DNA from: Octopus bimaculoides
Taxonomy: Eukaryota
Direction: 5' to 3'
NCBI RefSeq assembly: GCF_001194135.2
Contig: NC_068984.1
Location: 63,656,288 to 63,713,022 of the forward strand
DNA: 56,735 nt
The position numbers were made by a program, and so were the translations under genes. Of the stretch, positions 38,829 through 49,149 are shown one piece after another (within the stretch, counting starts at the first letter, position 1; every line of letters begins with the position of its first letter). The notes under the pieces are model-generated. The model did not search any database. It worked only from the letters and a program-made list of their open reading frames with translations, and had not been told where the DNA came from.

Positions 38829-39100
38829 ATTGCTTTCGGCGATTCGTTTACCTGATTTTCTTCGACAAATGTTATTGTACGATAATAATTTTTGTAATAT
38901 AATGTCCGACGCCGTGGAAATTTTGGATTCCCAAGTTTTCATTCTTGCAATTGTTTTCGGCGATTTTTTTATGGGATTCTTTTCTTTTTGCAATGAATTT
39001 TTTTTGTACGATAACAATTGTTATAACTTGGAAATCAATTTCGGGCATGACCGCAATTAATTGCGAAATCCAGCGATTATTTTCGGTGATTTACTTTACA
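38829..39100. repeat. Degenerate ~125-bp tandem repeat (2-3 units)
   Basis: att(g/a)(c/t)tttcgg(c/t)gatt at 38829, 38950 and 39076; ttgtacgataa at 38875 and 39004. Confidence 0.6.
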
Positions 39101-39121
39101 TGATTTTTTTGCGATATGACA

Positions 39122-39530
39122 CTGGAGGAAGCAATTCAAACAAATTCTCCAAAACCAAGTCAGAGATCAATTTACAATAACGATTACCACATGTGGACTT
39201 TACAATCCAGCTATTATTTGGGAAAAATATCAGGAGACTCTCAGTGAGGATATTCATCATCAAATGAGACTTGATCGTCCCGGACTGGAAATGAATCCTT
39301 AGATTGCAAATTTAGGTCTCTGTGAAATTCAAGACAAAGTGATGAACTTGGCTCAGAGAGATCTCAGTAACTGTGATCTGCCAAAGCCAAACAGAGAAAC
39401 TGGACATATCAACAGAGACATTGCGAGAGAAATAGGATACAACATGGAAGAACTGCAGCAATGTGTTTAAAATAAATGGGCTCCTGTTGAACCAAGACAA
39501 ACAGCAAGTCTTTGATGACATCAACAGCAA
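39122..39530 (+). mobile_element. Helitron RepHel fragment (Rep-helicase linker up to Pif1 start)
   Basis: LEEA...CGLYNPAIIWEKYQETLSEDI...LCEIQDKV...DLPKP...REIGYNMEELQQ...LLNQDKQQVFDDIN. Confidence 0.8.
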
Positions 39531-39731
39531 CAACAACAGCAACAACAACAACTTCGAAAAATACCTGAGGAATGAGAACCCAGGTTCGAAATTTCCCCAA
39601 GACACCTGATGAAGGCTGGAGGGTGTATCAGCCGAAACGTTGAGTTAACAATCAAGATGAGGACAATATCCATCAATTGAAAATAATGTAACTAATGTAC
39701 ATAATTCCTCATCTCTTAAATACAGAACTGT
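39530..39731 (+). mobile_element. Headless copy of the HHR-bearing SINE-like element (family D)
   Basis: (CAA)n followed by a tail homologous to the reverse complement of 54603-54750 (ggaatgagaacccaggttcgaaatttccccaagacac...aagatgaggacaa). Confidence 0.85.
39601..39646 (+). ncRNA. Minimal type I hammerhead ribozyme (family D), intact core
   Basis: GACAC-CTGATGA-A-GGCTG(gagggtgtat)CAGCC-GAAA-CG-TT-GAGTT. Palindromic ACGU stem III, GUU site, one stem I mismatch. Confidence 0.8.
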
Positions 39732-39846
39732 ATAGACAAATATTATATCATTAAAAAGGGGTCTTTAAGCTAGTATATATCCTCCTTTTATGTACTTGGC
39801 GCGATGTAATCGACTTACCTCTCCCTCCACAACTTATATTCTTGCT

Positions 39847-39857
39847 GTTGTTCTGGC

Positions 39858-39891
<34 letters not shown>

Positions 39892-39949
39892 CTTCTTCTT
39901 CTTCTTGTTCTTGTTCTTGTTCTTGTTCTTCTTCTTCTTCTTCTTCTTC

Positions 39950-39989
<40 letters not shown>

Positions 39990-40018
39990 CACCATCATTA
40001 TCAACACCACCACCACCA
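39847..40018. repeat. Compound trinucleotide tract (GTT)n-(CTT)n-(GTTCTT)n-(CTT)n-(ATT)n-(CAC)n
   Basis: Directly visible. Confidence 0.95.
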
Positions 40019-40321
40019 TCTTTATATATACAGAGAGAGACAGACAGACAGAGAGACAAGACAGACAAACAGAGAATAATTCAAATAAACAGATGAACAC
40101 CTGGGGTTTAAATGTACAAAAGATATATCATGTATACATTTAGAAACAGAAGGCAGACTTAAAATTTTCAAATAATTAAAAAATACAAATATATTTATTT
40201 ATTTTCTTTTAATAGAGCAAACTTACTCAGATTACATAGACTCAAAGTTCAAATCATTTGGGCGCCACAGTTTTTTCGATATTGAGATTCTCACGATTTC
40301 ATCTGTGAATTCTCTTTCGCT

Positions 40322-40358
<37 letters not shown>

Positions 40359-41810
40359 NNNNNNNNNNNNNNNNNNNNNNNNNNNNNNNNNNNNNNNNNN
40401 NNNNNNNNNNNNNNNNNNNNNNNNNNNNNNNNNNNNNNNNNNNNNNNNNNNNNNNNNNNNNNNNNNNNNNNNNNNNNNNNNNNNNNNNNNNNNNNNNNNN
40501 NNNNNNNNNNNNNNNNNNNNNNNNNNNNNNNNNNNNNNNNNNNNNNNNNNNNNNNNNNNNNNNNNNNNNNNNNNNNNNNNNNNNNNNNNNNNNNNNNNNN
40601 NNNNNNNNNNNNNNNNNNNNNNNNNNNNNNNNNNNNNNNNNNNNNNNNNNNNNNNNNNNNNNNNNNNNNNNNNNNNNNNNNNNNNNNNNNNNNNNNNNNN
40701 NNNNNNNNNNNNNNNNNNNNNNNNNNNNNNNNNNNNNNNNNNNNNNNNNNNNNNNNNNNNNNNNNNNNNNNNNNNNNNNNNNNNNNNNNNNNNNNNNNNN
40801 NNNNNNNNNNNNNNNNNNNNNNNNNNNNNNNNNNNNNNNNNNNNNNNNNNNNNNNNNNNNNNNNNNNNNNNNNNNNNNNNNNNNNNNNNNNNNNNNNNNN
40901 NNNNNNNNNNNNNNNNNNNNNNNNNNNNNNNNNNNNNNNNNNNNNNNNNNNNNNNNNNNNNNNNNNNNNNNNNNNNNNNNNNNNNNNNNNNNNNNNNNNN
41001 NNNNNNNNNNNNNNNNNNNNNNNNNNNNNNNNNNNNNNNNNNNNNNNNNNNNNNNNNNACTTTTCATGTGGGCATCAACTAATGCACATAAACTCTAATA
41101 ACGTCTAAAGTTTTTACAAAATCGATTAATATATATTTTACATATATATATGCCCACATGAAAAGTTGACAGAAAATCGATCATTGCGCGTGAGGGGGAG
41201 ATTTTAAGAAATCAATAGGCGTTTTGCGTGCAATTACCCATAGGATTAATATTTTATGCAGTGACTTTTCCGGAATTCATCCGATCTCGATGAAATCTTA
41301 CATTTAGATAAAGTTTATGGTTGGCGTCACGTAGAAGAATTAAAATGAAACTGGCGAAAGGCAGAAATCATCAAAATTCACTCACAATAAAATAATGAAC
41401 TAATTTTGAAGAGAATTGGCCCATGAGTAAAATTAAGCACTTCGATATATGAGACATCGATTATTCATAGGATTAAAAAGTCAATGGGATATTTTCATGT
41501 AAATGTTCACATGGCTTCTATTTTATGGCATAACCTTAGCACTTTTCATCGGACTTTGCTGAAATTGGACACGCTGATCAATTTTCTATAGAGTGTGGCA
41601 TTAATGAGAGAGAAAGAAACAAACATCACTCTCAACAGGTCCAGGTACACCCAAAAGTTTGACTGCGATTTTAGATGGTCCAATATGTAGGAGTATGTCG
41701 AAAGTGTTAACCGGGTAAGATCCCTGCTGAACGAGATATAATATCTTCATGTGTAATAGTTGGCACAGATGAGATAACGTAATTGTGACGTAATGTTGCT
41801 ATGTGTACCG

Positions 41811-41841
<31 letters not shown>

Positions 41842-42725
41842 NNNNNNNNNNNNNNNNNNNNNNNNNNNNNNNNNNNNNNNNNNNNNNNNNNNNNNNNNNN
41901 NNNNNNNNNNNNNNNNNNNNNNNNNNNNNNNNNNNNNNNNNNNNNNNNNNNNNNNNNNNNNNNNNNNNNNNNNNNNNNNNNNNNNNNNNNNNNNNNNNNN
42001 NNNNNNNNNNNNNNNNNNNNNNNNNNNNNNNNNNNNNNNNNNNNNNNNNNNNNNNNNNNNNNNNNNNNNNNNNNNNNNNNNNNNNNNNNNAAGGTTGTAG
42101 CTATGCTGGGGCATGTTTATCCATTGTGCCATTGAGAACATCTTCAGCCCGATTGAATTCCGTTATCAGCTTTTAAATATATGTGACGGTAATCGTCTCT
42201 AGTGTTCACATTAACACATAAAACAATGTACCTTTGCTATTTCAGCATGTTTAGACTGCGGTGGGGTGTTATGTTCCAGATGTCTATCTATTTTTACTTT
42301 GCTGCGTCATCAATGTAGACTAGTGAGACCAAACATAACCTGCTTGCGACATTATTGTCTGTGAGAAGTCTAAATCGATATATATATATATATATTACTT
42401 ATTGTACCTTTACAAACGTTTTAGTTCTACATGCGTCTTTCGGTGAGCATATTTATTTTTGTGAGCTCGAGTCTGTGTGGGCTTGTCGGTTGTGGAAATA
42501 TTTGTAGAATATCTCTCCCGTTTTTATATGTTTACAAGGAAAATTGACCAACGTAACTTAAATAACAAATTTATCTACGAATTCTGCTGAGTAAGATTGC
42601 CTAATCAAGAAAATGCACTAAGATATATCAGATTCAATAATACGCAGTTAGTTTATTGAAACACTTGTCTTTTTACTTTTTAAAATAGTTCTCGCATTGC
42701 AAAGATATACGTTTCATATTTTTAT

Positions 42726-42726
<1 letters not shown>

Positions 42727-42775
<49 letters not shown>
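42727..42775. repeat. (CTA)n microsatellite
   Basis: Directly visible. Confidence 0.95.
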
Positions 42776-42776
<1 letters not shown>

Positions 42777-43189
42777 AAATATGCTTAAATATGTGTAGCC
42801 AATAGCCACCAAGATATAATTGTATCTTAGTCGAAATATCAGCCCCGACAGATGCTAATATATCTCTAAACGAAACGAAGCAATTAACCACATAAACATT
42901 TTTTATCTTAAATTAAATATAAGCAGAATGTGAGTACAGAGACCGTAAACAATCTCACTAATAACAAATGCCTTGCGAATGATTATGTGATACAGACAAA
43001 TACATAACCAAAGTCTGAAATCTTATCCAACGTATACAAAAACAGTACAAGGAAATGCGCTTAGCACAGGAATCTGAGGCCAGACTACCACCCTACCACT
43101 ACCCCCAGCCCTGCTGCTGTTGCTGTTGCTGCAACCACTGCTGCTACTACACATAAAATCAATAATATCAGTGATATCAGTGATGATGA

Positions 43190-43210
43190 TAATAATAATA
43201 ATAATAATAA

Positions 43211-43278
<68 letters not shown>

Positions 43279-43285
43279 ATAATAA
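43190..43285. repeat. (TAA)n-(TAG)n-(TAA)n microsatellite
   Basis: Directly visible. Confidence 0.95.
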
Positions 43286-43289
43286 TGAA

Positions 43290-43638
43290 AGGAAACGGGT
43301 AGAACCTCCTTATGGGCTAATAATGATACATCTAGTGATGGTGTCACAACAAAAACACTGGTAATTGTGCAACCTGATAATCGCTACCTCATATGAGTGA
43401 CACCGAAAAAACAAAATATTGTGAATACTAGTGGTAATGAAACTGAAGCCAATGATGGTGACATTGCTACATTCGGTAGGCTCAGAGATTCTTCTCCAGA
43501 ATCTGCTTAGTACAGCTCAAGAAATCACTGTTATTAGGGACAGCTTCGATACTTAGGAGAGTTCTTCGCATCTAAGGTTACTTGTTGTAGCCAGATGTTA
43601 GGATTGTTTTCTTTTCCAAGACTCTAATTTGTTGTTTT

Positions 43639-43702
<64 letters not shown>
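43290..43702 (+). mobile_element. 3' end of R4/Dong-like (RLE) non-LTR retrotransposon with (AAT)n tail
   Basis: LVQLKKSLLLGTASILRRVLRI* (43507-43575) matches the R4-clade C-terminus LQK..LLGTA.ILR.VL. A short 3' UTR is followed by (AAT)~20 at 43642-43702. Confidence 0.72.
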
Positions 43703-43703
<1 letters not shown>

Positions 43704-43899
43704 CTAACAACCTTATTCAGTAAATGTCACTGGAGTGGAAAGATCATAAAGAATAGTTATTATGAAAGAAAAACGAAGAACATGTGTAATCCGCCACGTT
43801 CCCCTCGATAAATTGATAATCTCCACTATTATGTCGAATAATAATTGCGCGCTTACAGATATCAAATAAATAGAACCGACCCACTACTAAAGAGTGTAG

Positions 43900-45530
43900 C
43901 TGTCAGAGAAATTGAAGATGGAAAACGTGTAGTTTTTAATCGACAGATTGAACATTAGTTGACTTAAGAAGAAATTATAAGAGAAACTGGTTTATTGATA
44001 TATGGATCATTTATATATATCTTAGCATTTAAAGCCCGCTAACTCTTGCATTTTGAATGCAATCAAATATATCATAATTTCAAATGACGTTGTTGGATTA
44101 TTACCACTTAGTATGGGGCTGGAAAGAATAAAAAACTAACTGGAGTGGGAACGCTTTTGAGAAAGTCAAATTATTCCGGAGTATTTTGCTACGTTAGCAT
44201 TATTCCTATACTAGCTCTAGAACCGAGAAAAGTAAATTCTAGATATAGTCGTAAAAAATAACAGAAGAGGGTCAACTATTTACTATTCATGAAGGTTCTA
44301 AAGTTATGTGGAAAGATTAAGAGAGAATTGGATATTGGTGAGAGTACTCTGACAGTATTAGAAAATTACATTAAAATAGAATTTGGAATGTCTGTGAAAT
44401 TAAGAAAAAGAAGCACTATAAAAGTAACTATTTAGAGTGGAGAAAAAATACGGGAGAATTATAGAGAGTTTGGGTATAAATACCTTACAGGAAGTTGATG
44501 TTATGAAGATGGAATAATGAATGAATAATTTAAGGAGGCATTATTTTTTAACAGTAACGAGGGTATTAAATTCTGAATTCACCCCAAAAAACTTTCCATC
44601 TTCAGATACAATGTGTGAATAAGAAAATAGATTATCTTCATAGCCTTAACCTAGACAAATACATATAATTTTAATTTTAGCAAGGAAGTTGGAGCGAGAG
44701 GATTGACAATTGTATATAATTATAGAGACGTGGAGGGTCAGAGTTTCATGAAGCACTTTATTAATAGGAACAAGGTGCTTATAATAGCAGAATTTTTAAG
44801 AGATGTATGCTAGAATATTGCAAAAAATGGTACTTTGGAAGCAACGAAGTAACGATACTACGAAATATACGTATAATACGAAGCGCAATATGTACAATAA
44901 TTATATAGTTATAAAAAAATATTCAAGTGAGTCGAGAGCAGAAACCATTTCAATACCTCAGAAAGAGAATTTCAAAGAAGGAGACAGAGATATGATTCAA
45001 GGTGAACAGAATAACACAGAACAAGACAAATCAGGAAGATTACAAACATAAAAAAAAAACGTCTAGACTGCTTGTAGAATGGGTAGTGAAAGAGAAGAGA
45101 CGGTTGCAAGTATAGTCTTTGAGTATAAGCTTATATGTGCTGGAGATATGACGAAATTACTATTATGGATGAGTGAGTTACAAATATGAATTTGAAATCA
45201 AAGAAAAAATGTATAACTATAATGCAGAACATATCCGTGGATACAACTTTGTGATATAAAAGTTCAAACAAATCGAGAAACGGATCATTTACGCCCAGAT
45301 ATTGTCATATTCGATAAAGCGGAATAGTTTTGTTGCTTAATCGGTTCTCCTTATCCTTTTGGAGATATAGTGGTGAATAGAATTGTGAGAATTCAGAAAG
45401 AAGCCAACATAAAATAATATGAACTTCAGAGTCAGCAATTGCAATGATGTTAAACCGACTGGAATAGGAGTTTTGAGGATCGTGACTTTAGTTTAGATGA
45501 TTTGTTGAATATATTGGATATCGAGATGAA
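43900..45530 (+). mobile_element. Degraded R4/Dong-like non-LTR retrotransposon (RT plus restriction-like endonuclease)
   Basis: YLLFMKVLKLCGKIKRELD (HLL.MDDLKLY-like, 44277-44333), IEFGM, YKYL, EETVASI and CDIKVQTNRETDHLRPDIVIFDK (RPD REL motif, 45241-45321). Confidence 0.72.
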
Positions 45531-45845
45531 TTTCTTCATCTTAAAAAAAAGAAGAAAAAAAAAACACGATGCTTGACATAATTAGAACCATCAGAAGGGA
45601 GCTAAAAATCTTTGACTGTCGGATTCTGCTTATTCTGTTTATTCTGTAGCAAGCCAATACCAATAGAAGAGCCAAGAAAAATCTAAGAGAAAAAAAGGCA
45701 TAACAACAAGAGTAACGGCAGCAGTAGAAGCAGCAGCAACAACAATAATCATAATAATTACTAGCTGGACCCGTGAAAACTTCATGTAAGCATCTGAAAA
45801 TTGTGCGCTGGTGCCATGAGAAATATTTATATATTGTGACAGTTA

Positions 45846-46025
45846 AAGGCGGCGAGCTGGCAGAATAATTAGCACGCCGGGAGAAATGCTTAGTGGCATT
45901 TCGTCTGTCTTTATGTTCTGAGATCAAATTCTGCCGAGGTCGATTCTGCCTTTCATCGTATTGACGTCAAAGAAATCGACTGCCCCCCCCCCCCAATTCC
46001 AGGACTTGTGCATATAGTAAAAGAA
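45846..46025 (+). mobile_element. tRNA-derived SINE (family 1), truncating the adjacent Helitron
   Basis: ggcggcgagctggcagaat..tagcacgccggg..ttctgagatcaaattctgccgaggtcga. Confidence 0.85.
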
Positions 46026-46750
46026 ATAGTATATTGCAACAGGACCACGACGAGGAAATCGTGTAACATTGGCGCCAAATGAGACGAATAAATACATTGA
46101 GTTATAGTTTCTGATGTTCTGCCTAAATTTCATTCCTTCAACGTCGGTATTCTCCAAAATTTGTTTTAATTAGTCAGTATTACGCAGCAATTAAATGTTT
46201 CCTGTGGAAATCTGCGTGCATGACAGTGCGGGCTGAATACGTTCATCTCGCCAATCATAAATTGAGAATTTTGTTGTTCCTTTATTATATTCCGTCTTGT
46301 TATTTGAGCTCTGCCTCTCATAAGATAATTCTGTGTTTCATCTTCCATATTGTTCCTCCCTTCTTGAGCTCTGTTTTTCATATCTTGAAGGTATTTCTGC
46401 CCTACATCTTCGTCTATATATCTCCTTTCTTGAACTCTGTTTCTCATATTTTCTAAGTACAGCTGCCTTTGCTCTTGAATCATGTGCTCTTGATTCTGTT
46501 CATCTCCATCTCTCTTATTTTTTAAATGCACTTCTCTATGGTCCAGGCTCATTTATTCTATCCTTAGCTGGTTTCTTTCTCTCCAATGCCGTAAGATACA
46601 CTCACTCTCCTCTTGCGTTATTTCTTTTCTTCTCTGTCTCATCTTCACACGATTTTGATTCCTTATTTCCACCTGCTGTTCCTCGCGATACCGTTCTCTC
46701 CTTCTATGCTGACACTCAGGTGCTGTGTCTCTCATGCGATTATCCATATT
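46025..46750 (-). mobile_element. Helitron RepHel N-terminal fragment
   Basis: R/E/Q-rich N-terminus, then IGEMNVFSPHCHARRFPQETFNCC (G.M...C..C.A..F..E...CC) and FRQNIRNYNSMYLFVSFG...RGP (NIR.YNS..AF.S.G...GP). Confidence 0.85.
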
Positions 46751-47227
46751 TTAAAACTTGTTATTAAAACAATAAGTCTCCGAACTGATCCAGAGTGTTT
46801 CAATTGAAAAACAAATACGAATGTATTAGACCTATTTTTTTAAAGTGAAAATATTTCTGAAATACTCACCTAATATGCAAGAACACAGTATATAGGATAT
46901 GATAATTAATTATACTGTAGGAAAGTAAAAAGTGAAGGAATAAAGAAATAGAATTAAAATTTTTGATTTTGTTCGACTCTATGAATTTAATTTTTTTGAA
47001 ATGCTTTCGTCACTTGCTTGATGCAAGAAAAAAGAAACTGGAAAAATCCTGACGAAAACATACAATATAGAAAAAGAAAGTTGAGTTTATTTCCACCATG
47101 CCACAACTATTATCACACACACAGACATACACACACAGACATACACACACATACATTCATATATATATATATATATGCGTGTGTGTGTGTGCGCGCGCGC
47201 GTGTGTTCGTCTTTGGAGTGAAGGAAT

Positions 47228-47411
47228 GGAGACCACCTCCACCTGTGGGATGTAGTTAAAATAGTAGACAGAGAACGCCACTGGAAAATACGAAAACTAA
47301 AAGAAGCAGCACATATGTTAGGACAACAACCTACTAAACAGGCCGAGTGCAGATATAAGTAGCATATGGGAACCGGTATTAAGGAATAATAAAATAATAT
47401 TAGATTTTTAA
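47228..47411 (+). mobile_element. PLE GIY-YIG endonuclease C-terminal fragment
   Basis: GDHLHLWDVVKIVDRERHWKIRKLKEAAHM...LLNRPSADISSIWEPVL (H.F.W..V.I.D.E..W..R..KE...I...LNR...W.P.L). Confidence 0.75.
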
Positions 47412-48927
47412 GCCCTAAAATTCACCAAACAAGTAAAACGGATCAAACAGACTGCAAAAAAGAACCGACAGAAGCAAATTGAGGAGCGTTAGAGCCAAAA
47501 TACTCTGCATGTGTCTAGTCAGCTCGTGGTCAGGCTGGGACTGTACGCGTACGAGAATATATGATCATGGATTCACCTGCTGTTAAAACACCCGGAATTT
47601 ATAGGCAAGCGAGATAACATGCATCAGGTCCCATTACAGGGACGTTCATGTTTGGTCATCTTTGTGAGTTGTCAATAATGAGTACACGAAACGAGGCCAG
47701 ACGTAAGCCAAATCGCCCCCTGTTACTCTATGCAAAATAGTGTAAGAGAAATCTGCTGGTATGCTCCAACGTTACATACTACGGAAAATGTAAATATGAA
47801 TAAGAAGCATCACGTGGGATATAGACAATACCGAACATACATGCACAAGGTATGTGTTTTGTTAGTTATTAAGCAGGCTGCTATTTTAGGAGTAAGAGAA
47901 TATATTCCGATGAATTCACAGCTCTTCGTTTCCTTCTGTACTCGCGTACTGCCTATTCGCTTCATAAGGAAGTCAATGCCCATTGAACGAAGTTCGACAT
48001 GATCTTAAATTTGGTAGGCTCAACGCTTACTATCCGTGCTTACTCTACTGCAAATATAGCAAGGAACTAATGCATCAGTATCTACCATTGGGACTCTTGT
48101 GTTCCACCAAATTATATATTATGGTCGGAGATTCAGTTTAGAATCTGAGACTCAAGAACTGAATCCAACTGTCACCTCAGCTCATCTTTAGTTCTATAGT
48201 CGCACACATGTGTTTGTTCTATCGATGAAAATCATAACACATATATCTGACAGTAATTCTTCCAAATTTTCCTCTCATGGAATACTAAAAGCCTCCATTT
48301 ACTCATCAACAGAGAGATATTAATTTCATTCTTTTTCCTGTTTCCGATAAAATCATTTAGCAAACGACAGAATATTTCGTGATATATCTGACCCAAATGC
48401 GTTTGTTTATCTTTTTTACAGAGTTAATTCATATTCAGAATCTGTATTTCTCAGAGAAGGTAAATAAAACTTTTACTGTGTTGTATGGCCTTCATCGTTG
48501 AATTACATTTGCTACCATATTTGTTTCGTCTGTAAAGTTTTCCTGTTAAAACTTCACTGTTTTTTACCTTTGTTCTGCCACATTATTTTATATAGAAATT
48601 TAGTCACATGCTTAGTCAAATGTAAGCTACATCATTCCATTACACATACACAGACATACAGATGCACATGCATGCACCATATGCGTATGCACAGACATAC
48701 TTGTATGTATCTATATATACATTTATGTGTGTGTGTGTGTGTTTATACTTATATATATATGTGTGTGTGTGTATGTATATATGTATGTGTATATATTTAT
48801 ATATATAGATACACATATATATACATACACACACATATAAATAAATACACACTGCACTCACACACACATATATATATATCAACGGAGCATAGGCGCAAAG
48901 CAGTGTTTAAGTAAGAGTAGAATTTAG

Positions 48928-49091
48928 GTTAGCTGAAATGTTTGTCACATATTTCAACTGATAAAAGTAAATACACTGCAGTTACCGTGGAGAAAAAAAA
49001 AACCCTCTTTTATGGTAAAAAGGTGTGAAAACATAGTTCGTTCAGCTTGCCTTTGGCAGTTGAAATATGTGACAAACATATTTCAGCTAAC
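48928..49091. mobile_element. 164-bp MITE-like element with 33-bp terminal inverted repeats
   Basis: gttagctgaaatgtttgtcacatatttcaactg versus cagttgaaatatgtgacaaacatatttcagctaac (one 2-bp indel). No clear TSD. Confidence 0.7.
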
Positions 49092-49101
49092 TTACATTGA
49101 G

Positions 49102-49149
<48 letters not shown>

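Larger units (their letters stand above)
3757..42090. other. 14 assembly gaps (3757-4205, 5899-6480, 8877-9837, 11017-11930, 18900-18909, 19877-19956, 23474-23847, 25350-25475, 26369-26452, 32145-32961, 35333-35546, 38036-38317, 40359-41058, 41842-42090)
   Basis: N runs, most abutting (TA)n, (CA)n or (CT)n tracts. Confidence 0.99.

Noticed and set aside
41059-41166. 17-bp inverted repeat at a gap edge, next to Helentron/DINE-like motifs (ccgatctcgatgaaatc)
   Set aside because: It may be a subterminal IR, but one arm abuts the gap so neither the element nor an artefact can be resolved.
3629-42176. Long ORFs in the track containing X runs or YIYI/CVCV/LSLS/NNNN stretches
   Set aside because: They are artefacts of N gaps and microsatellites.
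47470-47505. HHR remnant after the GIY-YIG fragment (gcaaattgagga..gc..gccaaaatactctgc)
   Set aside because: Both core motifs are mutated and the stems are only 2-3 bp; not distinguishable from chance.
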